A DNA stretch of 64,000 nucleotides. Source: Emiliania huxleyi CCMP1516. Lineage: Eukaryota. The stretch is from NCBI RefSeq assembly GCF_000372725.1, contig NW_005201223.1, positions 3,858 through 67,857 of the forward strand, read 5' to 3'. This document shows, piece by piece, positions 22,022-32,986 of the stretch. The position numbers and the translations under genes are program-made. The number at the start of each line of letters is the position of its first letter. Position 1 is the stretch's first letter. Under the pieces are notes generated by a model that was given only the letters and a program-made list of their open reading frames with translations, was not told the origin of the DNA and did no database searches.

Positions 22022-25000
22022 ATGCCGCCACGCAAGCGCAAGGCGGCTGAGGCCTCCGCGCCGGTGGTGGTCGAGCTCTCATCCGACGACGAGCCGGCGG
22101 CCGACTCGCGCCGTCGCTCGCGGCGCAAGCAGGTTCGCGCACATGCGCCTCGCTCTGTGTGGCGTGCGTACAGCCGCCCCTAACGCGCGTCCGCCTTGAC
22201 CGGACAGAACGCCAACCACGAGCCGATGGTCCGGATCGGCGACGGAGGTCGCGAGCCCATCTGCCTCACCTGGGGTGACTACCGCCGGCTCGGCACGCCA
22301 GACGGCACGGTCGGCCCGGAGCAGCTGCTTCTCAACGACACCCTGGTCGAATGGTACCTGCGCTTCAAGCTCGAGAAGCAGCTGCGCCAGCTCGGGCTCG
22401 CCGAGCGGACCTACATCTTCTCCACTTTCTTCATCAAGCGCCTCCGCCTCGCCCTGCAGCGCCGAGGCGCCTCTAGACGCAACTGCGGCAGACGCCTCCC
22501 TCGCAGCACACACACACCAGCAGACACACGCACACGCACACGCACACGCACACGCACACGCACACGCACACGCACACGCACACGCACACGCACACGCACA
22601 CGCACACGCACACGCACACGCACACGCACACGCACACGCACACGCGCGCACTCACGACGGTCCGCCCGCGGCCCGCTGGTCGGCAGGAGAGACGCTGCGC
22701 AAGCTGCTCAAGTGGGTCGCGGGAGTGGACCTGCTCTCCAAGGCGAGAGAGGAGCCGAGAGGAGCCGAGAGGGGCCGAGAGGGGCCGAGAGGGGCCGAGG
22801 CTGGCTCAAGTCGGCCGCGAGATCGGACCTGCTCTCTCAGGCGGCAAACACAGATCAGCNNNNNNNNNNNNNNNNNNNNNNNNNNNNNNNNNNNNNNNNN
22901 NNNNNNNNNNNNNNNNNNNNNNNNNNNNNNNNNNNNNNNNNNNNNNNNNNNNNNNNNNNNNNNNNNNNNNNNNNNNNNNNNNNNNNNNNNNNNNNNNNNN
23001 NNNNNNNNNNNNNNNNNNNNNNNNNNNNNNNNNNNNNNNNNNNNNNNNNNNNNNNNNNNNNNNNNNNNNNNNNNNNNNNNNNNNNNNNNNNNNNNNNNNN
23101 NNNNNNNNNNNNNNNNNNNNNNNNNNNNNNNNNNNNNNNNNNNNNNNNNCCCCTCCTCTCCTCCTCCGGTCCTCGCTGGCGGTGCCAGCGTCCGCCTGCA
23201 CGCCCTCGGCTTCGGCCTCTAGGCAAGCCCTGCCTCCTCTTCCTCGACTCCTTCCTGCAGCACTACAAACACCGCCAGATCTACAGCGACCTGCGCATGT
23301 CGTCGCGCCGCCGCCGCGCCGCCTCGCCTCGCCTTGCCTCGCCTCACCCGCTGCAGCCGCTTGCCACAGGTTCCTCAACCTCTACACCGCCGCGCGCAGA
23401 GAGGAGCTGCGCTTGCCGCAGGCGAGAGAGGCGGCCGAGAGGCGGCCGAGAGGAGGCCGAGAGGAGGCCGAGAGAGAGAGAGGCGGCCGAGATGCCAGCC
23501 GAGTTCAGCTCCGGCGCTCGCCACGCCCTAGCCACGCCCTAGCCACGTCCGCGACACGTCCGCGACACGTCCCTTGCAGGTGGCGGTGGTGAAGGGGGTG
23601 TCGCCGCCCGCGCCGCTGCCCCGCGCCGCGCGCAGCTCCGCCTGCGCAGAGGCCGGCGAGGCCGGCGAGGGCGAGGGCCGGCGCCGCTCAGTCCGCCGCC
23701 GGCCTGCTGGCGAGGGAGGCGAGTGGGAGGGGGAGGCGGAGGCGGTGGCGGCGTCGGTGGCGGAGGCGGGAGGAGGAGGAGGGCGGAAGAGGAGGCAGAG
23801 GCGCGCGGAGAGCGTGCTGCTGCCGGCGGAGAGTGTAGTCGTGGGCGGCGGCGCAGCAGACGCAGTGATTGCCACCGTCACGCCCGAGGTGGACCTGACT
23901 GCGGCTCCGGCGGAGGCGCAGGCGGCGGAGGAGGCGCAGGCGGCGGAGGAGGCGCAGGCGGCGGAGGAGGCGGCTGGGGCTGCCGAGGGGGAGGTTGGCG
24001 GTGCTGCGGCGGCGATGCCGCTGACGGAGGTGGGTCTCGCTGCCGTGGGCGGCGGGGCGGCGGGAGGGAGTTCGGCGGCGGGAGGCAGCTCCGTGACCGG
24101 GGTGGGGGGGGAGGAGGAGGCGGAGACGGAGGAGAAGGTGGCCGGGGAGGAGGTGGCGCAGGAGGAGGAGGAGGTGAGCGACTCGGAGGAGGAGAAGGAG
24201 GAGCCGATGCAGGAGGCGGAGGAGGCGGAGGAGGCGGAGGAGGCGGAGGAGGCGGGGCTGGCGGCGGTGGCGGCGCCAGAGGCGGGCGGCGCGGCGCAGT
24301 CCACAGAGGCGGAGGCGGTGATGGCGGAGGCGGTGACGGCGGAGGCGGTGATAGCGGAGGCGGTGATAGCGGAGGCGGCCGCGGCGCGAGCGGGCGAGGG
24401 GTCGGCAGCGGAGGCGACGGCAGAGGCGGAGGCGACGGTGACGGTGGCGGCGGCGGACGGCCAGGCGGCTGCCGTGGTGGAGGGGAGCCCGGACGAGAAG
24501 GGCGTGGCGTGGTTCACGGTACACAGCGTCTGCTGCGCGGCATGCCACGCATGTGAACAGCGCCTCTTCACGCGTGCATCTGTGAACAGGCGCAGTCGCT
24601 GCCTCACATCATCTGCCATCTCGCGCCACAGCAAGACAACGACTACGACTGCGGCGAGCGCACGCCCCCCGCAGCGCACGCCCCCTCTTCTCGCGACATG
24701 AGCGAGACACGATTGCGCTGAGCGACACATTTTGCCACAGGTGTCTACATGCTCCACTTCGTCGAGTGCTCTCGCCGGCCGCCGCTGCCGACACTGCGAG
24801 CAGGCCTTGCGTTCAGCCGTGAGGTTTGCGCGAGTAGGAAACTCGCCTGTGCGGAGAGGCTGCCCTCCTTCGCCAGCGCGCAGGGGCTGGTCGACTTCTT
24901 CCCAAAGAAGCTCGTATCGCCGGCGCAGATCACCGAGCAGCGCAGGTGCGTGGCCTAGGATACAAGTCGTGCTCTCTCCCCAGTAGCCCACACACAGGCT

Positions 25001-25090
25001 GCTGCTGTCGACGTGGGAGGCGGAGGGAGGCGTGGCGTGACCTGTCCCGGACCGCGACCCCCGCAGGCGCATGCAGGCCGCAATTGAGGA
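22022..25090 (+). CDS. Ulp1/SENP-family SUMO protease (peptidase C48), multi-exon, spans gap; 3' end approximate
   Basis: NLS MPPRKRK; LLNDTLVEWYL; YIFSTFF; KWVAGVDLLSK; LLFLDS; catalytic QDNDYDCG (~24632) spliced to VYMLHFVE (~24742). Long Ala/Glu-rich insert at 23580-24520. Confidence 0.85.
22524..22645. repeat. (CACACG)n microsatellite in a Ulp1 intron
   Basis: About 20 hexamer copies. Confidence 0.95.
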
Positions 25091-25852
25091 GGAGCGGAGC
25101 CGGCAGATGGACGCGGGAGACATGGTGGAGTAGCAGCGCGGGCGGGAATCGAGCCACATGCATACATGTTGTTGTTGTCATGTTGCTTGTGTCGTGTGTG
25201 AGAGTGATGGGAGAACCCGCTGCACCAGAAGTTTCGCCTCTCTTCTGAAGTCCTTTTATCTCGTGTATTGCAGGGTGTTTTTCCCACCGCTTCGGCGTTC
25301 TCTCTGTCGCACTGTAATCTGTAACACACCAGTCGCTCTCCCGAAAGCATCCTCCCCCGCCAAGTCCAACTTCCATTGCGTTCCATCAGTAGATCCCACA
25401 CGAAGCGGCAGGAGCGGGCCGCGGCGCGTGGGGGTGGGGCGGTCCAGCTCCAGGTCACGGGGCGCCGCCCGAAATAATGTGAATCTGCTCTTTCGCGGGG
25501 GCGAGACTCTCAGTAACTAACACGCAACGAACCCGCTCCCGTGTCGCCCAGTGACTTCTGCACTCGAGGAGGAGAGAGGAGAGAGGAGAGGAGAGAGGAG
25601 AGAGGAGGAGGGAGGAGAGAGGAGGCCAGTTCCAGAGCCCGCACGAGGAGGCCAGTTCCAGAGGAGAGAGGAGGAGAGAGGAGGAGAGAGGAGAGAGGAG
25701 AGGCACCGTCGCCCTCGAGCTCACGATCGGGCTGTACACCAAGCGTACACGCCGCAGCTGGTGACGGGCCCGCTCCGCCAGACGCCGCCGAATAAGCGGA
25801 CCGAGGTGTTGTGGGGGTTGGTCAACTGCCTGCCAGGTGAGACCAGGCGCTA

Positions 25853-27409
25853 TCATGGCAGCACCTGGTTTGTGAAAGTGAGACTCGGGTCGTGGCGTGA
25901 CGCGACAAACTCGGCGAGATTCTCCGCGGTGACCTCGGCGATCGCCTCGAGGGCATCGGCCGTGAGGAAGGCCATGTGGGGCGTCACGAGCACGTTTGGC
26001 CGCGAGGCGAGGGCGCCGAGCACCTGGGCGACGCGACGGCGGCCAGCGTCAACGCCTGGGCATCGAGGGGTTTCAGGGGGCCGGCCGCGCGAGGAGGGGT
26101 CGTATCGCCGGATCCCAGTCCTCAGGTGTGCTGGCGCCGGCCAGGTCGTCGGAGGTGATGGACGAGTCTGTGAAGAAGAGACCGCCCTCCTCCTCGTAGA
26201 CATCCATGCCGAGCGCGCCTATCGCTCGCGGAGCAATCGTGCCAACCGTCCCCTCGATTCGAGCTCCAGCTGTCGGGGCGACGCACACCGATCTTTCGCG
26301 AGTCGAGCCCCTCCACGGCGGCGGCGGTGTCGAGGAGGCCACCTCGCGAGGTGTTGATGATCATCGCGCCGGGCTTGAGCAGGCTGATGGTGTGCTTGTT
26401 GATCAGGTGTCGCGTCTCGTCCTGTCCGCAGAGAGCGCTCTGATATCCGCGGTGCGAAGCAGGAAGGCTCCTCTTCGCGAGCTTCTGCCGTCAGCGGACA
26501 ATGCAGCGAGATGACGCGAGACGAGGCGAGAAGCTCCTCGAGCTCGACGTACTCGATCCCCATGTCGCGCGCCGTCTGGTTCGGGAACGGGTCGTAGGCA
26601 AGCACCCGGCAGCCCATGCCGAGGAGTATGGCCGCTGTGCAGCGGCCAATCAGGCCCGTGCCGATGATGCCGCACGTCTTACCGTGCATGTCGAAGCCGA
26701 CGAGGCCGGATAGCGCATAGTTGCCTGCAAACATATGTTGCCTTGTTCGTTTGCTCAGCCGCGTCATGCAGGCAAACGAGCGCTGAGGCTCTGCCTTGGG
26801 CAACTCGAGCGCTCGCCTTGACAATCTGGCGGTTCAGCGCCATCATCAACGCAACCGCGTGCTCGGCGACCGAGTGCGGCGAGTAGGCAGGCACGCGAAG
26901 CACCACTATCCCGAGACTTTCTGCCATCGAGAGGTCGACCCTGTCATAGCCAGCGCACCGCATCGCGACGCAGCCGACGCCGCACGCCGCGAGCGCCTCC
27001 AATGTCTCCGCACCACAGTCGTCATTGACAAAGGCGCAGACCTAGAGCCAACGGGAGAGGATTGTGTGTGTGCGTGTATGAGTGTAGGCGTGCGTGCGAA
27101 CACTGACCGCAGAGAGGATTGTGTGCGTGTATGAGTGTAGGCGTGCGTGCGAACACTGACCGCATCGCAACCATTGGCGAGGCTGGCCGTCACTGGGCTG
27201 AGTGATGCTTCGATCATCTTCACTGAAGAGAACTTTGCGCTCCAGCATTCCATTTGAGTACGCATGTACGGGCGCGCTGAAAACACGGCTAGATTCAGCG
27301 GCTGTGTGGCAGCGAGGTATGGAAGTACCCGAGGCGCCCGCACTGGCGCCAGGATGGGAGAGCGGCGGAGGGATAGGGAGACGACCGAGTGCAAGAGGCA
27401 CAACAGCAT
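25853..27409 (-). CDS. ldhA: D-lactate dehydrogenase (D-2-hydroxyacid dehydrogenase) with N-terminal targeting peptide, multi-exon
   Basis: AVFSARPY; AFVNDD; MRCAGYDRVDL; RVPAYSPHSVAEHA; GKTCGIIGTGLIG; ISLHCPL; IINTSRGGL; GMDVYEEE; NVLVTPHMAFLT. Confidence 0.92.
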
Positions 27410-28143
27410 CCCGGACAGAAAAACTCGCGGGGGAGGAGGGCGGAGCGACATCAGGTTTCTTTTTAGCCCCCCCACACGGAATACTGTACTAACGAAAACA
27501 TTTGGACAGTCTTATTGGCTCTTGGGGCGATTGGAGGATGGAGCCGCGAACGAATGGATGGAGAGTGACGAGGCGCATGTAACGACCCCGGGGTCCCGAT
27601 AATCGAATTGAGGAGGACGGGCGGTCCCATTGTGTGTAATGCGGGATGACATGCGAATGGAGACCTGGGCGATGCGATCTCGGTGCAGCGCCGCCTGGGT
27701 CTCACCCTCGACATGTGGCTTGCCAGAGGCCGTGTCGATGCATGGGCAAGAAGACTCGAAACAAGAAGTACCACGACGAGTGCTTCGGCGACGCTGCTGT
27801 CCACGTTCCGCGGACAGAGTGGGATGTTGAGTGGGATGTTGTCGCGTAAAGCCGTAAAATTCTAAAAAGGTGAGCCCGCTTTACGTAGCCCCTAAGTAGG
27901 TACTCTGCCTCATTACGTAGGCTATGCACAATAATTTCGGTTCTCCGCTGCCGGCCGCGCTCCTTTAATTGATACACACAGCTCGGATGATCGAAAGAAA
28001 AGAAAATCTCACCGCCGTCTCATGCCTTGCGGCCATGCAAGTCCATGCAGGAGCGCCCTGCCCAGGCGCAATGGCCGGCTCGCTCACTTCCATCTTCTCG
28101 CGATCGGCGAGCGGAGGAGGCGAGCCGCCCCGCGTGCCACATT

Positions 28144-29628
28144 CTACGCCACCATCCGGGCAGGTGAGGCCGCCGCCTTGCGCGGTCGCGGGTCGACGGG
28201 CGGCATGTCCTCGAAGCCGACGCGCTCAATCTTGCGCATGAGCCTCGTTGCCTTCTTGTCGAGCCGGGCGGGGCCGAACATGACCCAGAGCGTCTTGCGG
28301 AGCGGGACGTGGCACGGTGCGACGTAGTTGGTGCGCGCCGCGAAGTAGAAGTTGAAGCTCTTCTTCCCGTGCGCCTGGATGGCGCGCATGGTCTTGAGCT
28401 CAGAGTAGACGCCCTGCACAAGCTGCGAGAGGTGCCCGTGGAAGTTCGGCGACCCGTCAACGACTAACAGCGGCGACGCCGCTGAGTGCGCGATGAACTT
28501 GTTCTTTGCGGCGGCGTCTGTCGAGGTGGTCTCGATGTAGGCGACGAGCGCCGATGAATGCGACGGGTTAAATAGCGTGAGATTTGAGCTCAAGCGGATG
28601 TGTCCTGGCGACCAGACGTCGTAGTTGGCAGTGTAGCCTCCCGTGCCGCAGGCGGTGCAGTCGACGAGCAGCGAGCCTGGCTCGAGCGGCATCGTCCCCT
28701 TCTCGAGCTCGAGGCGGTTGGGGCGGACGGCGGTGACGCGCCCGAGCCGGACTACGTCCTGCACCGTGCGAAGCAAGTGCAGATCGGCGGTCGTGATCAG
28801 CGCGCCCCTGCACTGCACAGGCTCGTGGTCGAGAGTGAGGCGGCCGAGGTAGCCGGCGCGCTCGAGAGCCTTGAACGCGCCCAGGATGGAGTCGCTCCGC
28901 AGTAGCGCGTTTGTGAAGGCCAACTTGAACGGCAGAATGCTCCCACTGGCCGGGCTCCAGATCTTCTCGCGCAGTAAGTACCAGGTGTTGCGAGGAACCA
29001 CCCACGAGATTTGCCGCTGGTCGACGCCGCGGCGCAGCAGGTGCAGCACGGCGTCGGTGCCCGTCTTGCCGCAGCCGAGCACGACGTACCGGCTCGCCTC
29101 CTCGGTCGGGAGGGCATTGACTGGCTTGATGGTCGCGGCGCCCTCCTCGACTGGGAAGGGCGGCGGCCGCATCGACGGCACGGTCACGTAGGACTCGGGC
29201 GTCACGAGCGTGGTGAAGCAAACGGTCTTGACCTGGCCCTCAGCGTCGGTGAAGGAGCGCGTGTCAAAGTCATAGGTCACGGAGGGGTAGAAGCGCACCC
29301 GCCCTGTCGCGACGAACTTGGCCATGACGCGGCTGTAGTACTCGAGGACCTCAGAGCCCGTGGCGAGGTCCGTCGGGCTCAGGAACTCGCGCCGTCCCTT
29401 GAACTTGCCGAGCGGCTCAGAGCAGACGCCGTATGCTCCCGAAGGCTGATGCAGAGTGACAAACGGGTACGCCACGTTCCAGTGCCCGCCCGGCGCCGGC
29501 TGCTTGTTGACAATCACGAAGGACGTCGAGTCGGTGGAGAGGGTCAGCATCGAGTCGACAAAGGACATCGTGGCCGTGCCCGCGCCAATGCACAGGTAGT
29601 CGCAGGCGAGCTTGTTGGTGCTGTCCAT
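28144..29628 (-). CDS. FAD/NAD(P)-dependent oxidoreductase, intronless, 494 aa
   Basis: Rossmann motifs DYLCIGAGTAT and YVVLGCGKTGTD; PGGHWNVAYPFVTLHQPS; LLVDCTA. Confidence 0.85.
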   Translation of the reverse strand: MDSTNKLACDYLCIGAGTATMSFVDSMLTLSTDSTSFVIVNKQPAPGGHWNVAYPFVTLHQPSGAYGVCSEPLGKFKGRREFLSPTDLATGSEVLEYYSRVMAKFVATGRVRFYPSVTYDFDTRSFTDAEGQVKTVCFTTLVTPESYVTVPSMRPPPFPVEEGAATIKPVNALPTEEASRYVVLGCGKTGTDAVLHLLRRGVDQRQISWVVPRNTWYLLREKIWSPASGSILPFKLAFTNALLRSDSILGAFKALERAGYLGRLTLDHEPVQCRGALITTADLHLLRTVQDVVRLGRVTAVRPNRLELEKGTMPLEPGSLLVDCTACGTGGYTANYDVWSPGHIRLSSNLTLFNPSHSSALVAYIETTSTDAAAKNKFIAHSAASPLLVVDGSPNFHGHLSQLVQGVYSELKTMRAIQAHGKKSFNFYFAARTNYVAPCHVPLRKTLWVMFGPARLDKKATRLMRKIERVGFEDMPPVDPRPRKAAASPARMVA

Positions 29629-29637
29629 GACAATATG

Positions 29638-30684
29638 CTAAATGGAGCTCGCAAGCAGGCTGCCGACATGCAATCCCGTGACGGGGGCGCACTTTTCTTT
29701 TTGGCTTTTTTCTTCTTTACTGCGGCTCCGAGCAACGGCGGCGGCGGCTCGCTCGCACGGGCGCAGAGCTGCTGCTGCTGCCGGGCGCTCAGCGCCGCGG
29801 CGCCCCATGCATCCTGGAGCACACAGGCAACGCACGCTACCGCGGGCACGACGCAGCGTCACCATATCTCTCGCCATCGCACTGACGTCGCTGTCGTCAG
29901 TCGAATGCGCCGACGGCGCATCCGCAGCGATTCCTCTTTCGCCGCGGATCCTCTTACGCGCGCCGCCTGAAGCCACAGCAGCAACTCCTACGGGGAGCTT
30001 TCCCTCCGAGGCACTGCTGCGGGGGCGCTTCGAGCCCGTGACGTGGCACTTGGAGCAGCGCGTGAAGCGGCACTTGGAGCAGCCCTCACCATCGAGGCCG
30101 GACGCGTTCGGCTTTGGGGCAGTGGAGAGCTGTCGACCGACCCGAGTCCAGGCGCTGCCGCGGAGCCTGCCGGCACCCACTTGAATCCACTCGTCAAAGT
30201 CCTCGCCCCAGCCCAGAAACCGCACGAGCACCTGCCCGTCCTCCTCGCGCAGCACCCTAACCCGTGCCCACTTACCCGAGCTGTCTTGTGCCCAGAGCTG
30301 CGAGCCCCGGTCTTTCGCCCCGCGCTGGGCACTGCGCACGATGGCTGACTCATCAGTCGCCGCTGCGCCCGACGCGTGCGAGGAGCCGCTGTCCGAGGCC
30401 CCGGCTATCGAGGTCTCGTGGGATGCGTTGTGAGGTGGCGATGGGCTGCCGTCACAGCCGCCATCGACGTTCTCCTCTGCACAGCCAGCGGCGACAACCT
30501 CAAAGTCGCTGGAGCTCCAGGTGTCCAGGCGCTCCGTGAGCACCTCACCATTGTCGTACTCAATGCAATAGCCGCGCTTTTTGGAGTAGCTCTTGACCGC
30601 GCCAGCGAACCATCTGCGTTCACTTCCTACATCGAATCGGAAGCGCACGCGTGTGCCCGCGCTGAGCACGACTGACGACTCCAT
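29638..30684 (-). CDS. Tudor + chromo-barrel (Tudor-knot) protein with a CxxC motif
   Basis: GTRVRFRF...WFAGAVKSY...YCIEYDNGE (Tudor); KWARVRVL...VLVRFLGWGEDFDEWI (chromo-barrel); GCSKCRFTRCSKC. Confidence 0.7.
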   Translation of the reverse strand: MESSVVLSAGTRVRFRFDVGSERRWFAGAVKSYSKKRGYCIEYDNGEVLTERLDTWSSSDFEVVAAGCAEENVDGGCDGSPSPPHNASHETSIAGASDSGSSHASGAAATDESAIVRSAQRGAKDRGSQLWAQDSSGKWARVRVLREEDGQVLVRFLGWGEDFDEWIQVGAGRLRGSAWTRVGRQLSTAPKPNASGLDGEGCSKCRFTRCSKCHVTGSKRPRSSASEGKLPVGVAAVASGGARKRIRGERGIAADAPSAHSTDDSDVSAMARDMVTLRRARGSVRCLCAPGCMGRRGAERPAAAAALRPCERAAAAVARSRSKEEKSQKEKCAPVTGLHVGSLLASSI

Positions 30685-32022
30685 CGCGATCGGCAGCGGA
30701 TGCGCCAGGCAGCCCTGCCTCCCCGGCTCGAGCGTCGCAGCCTGCGATCTAGAAACTGGATCGCTCGCCGCATGTACATGTGCGTTTTTTCGCCGGCGGT
30801 ATGCTTCTAGTACGACGGCGGGCGGTATGCTTCTGTTAGGCTTCCTGGTCAGACTGTGCCGTGCTACACGACGCCCTCTACGTTGGCTCGAGTTGGGCTA
30901 AGGCTGCCTAGAAGAAAGAGGTCGACACGGAAGAAAGAGGTTCCCGCAGGCACAGGCAGGTAGGGAGGGGAAACCACCTCGCACCTGCCGCCCCCCGGGT
31001 GCGGCACCCCGAGCCACCGTCGTTCGGGGCGTCCGCCCCTTCCAGGTACGTTTTGAAAACATACTCAAGCGTGTGGGAAATCGATGAAAGGCAGCTGTGG
31101 CTTCTGACTGAATCTCCCACATGGGCTGCGCCCCTGCGCCGGGTCGACGGACGCCGGGTCGCCGGACGCGTCATTTGAGGACAGCTGCCTCACGTCGATT
31201 GAGACATTTGGCCGATTCTCTATTTTGCGCTGCAAAATTCTGTAATCGTCTATGCACTATGCCCCAGCTTGCTTTTTGCCAACAATGTACAACAACAAGC
31301 TTCCTAGAACAAGCTCCTCTTGTAGCTCGATCGGTCACACCGCCACCACCGCCGACGTCTCCCAGTGAGACGATGGAGAGGGGGGACGACAACTGCTTCA
31401 GCAGCGTGCACCTCGATCCTGGACCGTGTTTGTTATGACTTATGAGCCTTATGACCCCCCCCCCCCCCCCCAATGAACACACCAGTGAGGGAGGGCGAGG
31501 TGGACTGCTGACTGACAGGGCAGGGTTTGTTTGCGATGAGGGGGTCCCGCGTTTCTTTCTCGGGGTTTGTTTCTGCAAGACCACTAACCGCCTCTGCAAG
31601 AGAACTGCGCCTGGGCGAACTCATACTTTTAGCTTTGAAAAAGAAAGAAAGAAAACAGACAAACCCAAACGAGGGATGGGGGAGGAGGACTCACAGGGTC
31701 CACACCCCGTCGTAGGGGCTCGGGGGCGTCCGCCGCACACAGAAAAGAATGGCGGAGGTCGCGCGGCCACTCATTTAGGGAGGTTTGTGTTGGGGAGGAG
31801 GGACTGCTCGTGGGGGGGGGAGGGAGCGGGTCGCGCACGACCATCATGGTGATGGCGAGGAGCGGCGGCGGAGGGCTGGACTGCGATTACATTACGGGAC
31901 GCTGCTTGGGGCGCCCTCCAGACGGGCGCGTGTGAGTCTTGTGTGAGTCTGGACACCCCGCCCCACCGTCCGCGGGGCCGTGAGCACTGGATATTAGGGG
32001 GTCCCTTTTCTAGGGTCGATTC

Positions 32023-32884
32023 CGTCAGGGGCAGCGACCCCCCCATCTACAGATGATAGGCGCATCTTGAGATAATATGCCTCTAAGATGCGCCCTACTT
32101 GGACTGCACACTGTCTTGCCTATGATCGAGCATCTCTAGATGGTTTTTTCAACTAAGATGCCGGAGCATCCTGGGATGCTCGAATCATCTGAAGATGCTT
32201 CGCATCCCAAGATGCTTGGCATTTAATGATTAAAATGCAAGTTAAATTATAAAGACTTGAGCGGCGTGTGAGCCCTTGGATCAAAGTGGGAGTGGAGACT
32301 ATGAATCTATGCTAATCTCAGCTGCTACTAGTATGGCTATGTAAGAGTAAGTGTGATGTGACTAACTACTCTGTTGTCTGTGGAATACTACTGATGGTGA
32401 TGGAACTGGGAGCCAGTGAGTGATGGTGGGGGGCACTTAGCCCTTGTGCTAATGCTGACTTTTCTACACTATGGAAGGTTGCGGTTGTATATGTAAGACT
32501 GGTTTTTATTTCGGGTTCGGGTTCGGCAAAAAACTCCGACACTGTCGATCGAAAATAGGGGGGAAATCCGACAACGCGCTCATGTTCCTGAGATGCATTG
32601 CGCATCCTCAGATGCCACATTGCATCCTGGGATGCATGGACTAACCCAAGATGAGGGTATCATCTCGGCCCACTTGTGCGTCTGAAGACGACTGCAGTAT
32701 ATCTGAGATGTCACGGGCTATCAAAAGACGCGGGGCACCATCTAAAGATGATTGAATCTTCTTGGAGAACCCAATCATAGTAGAGACACCCGGTGTCCTT
32801 AGATGGAAAACGCATCCTAGATGGCGTTTGGCATCTAGGATGCGCATATCATCTGTAGATATGGGGGGGTCGCCGCCCCTGACG
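32023..32884. mobile_element. MITE-like element, 862 bp
   Basis: ~35-bp imperfect TIRs CGTCAGGGGC(A/G)GCGACCCCCCCAT..CTACAGATGAT; TTC flanks both ends (32020-32022, 32885-32887); AT-rich core; many CATC-N4-GATG palindromes. Confidence 0.8.
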
Positions 32885-32986
32885 TTCGGCATGGTGTACG
32901 GGACGCCTGCGTCTTTGTTGCGATTGCGCGCGCGTGCCAGCTCAGCAGCACGCACACGCGAATTGCGATGGAGAGGGCAGGTCGAG

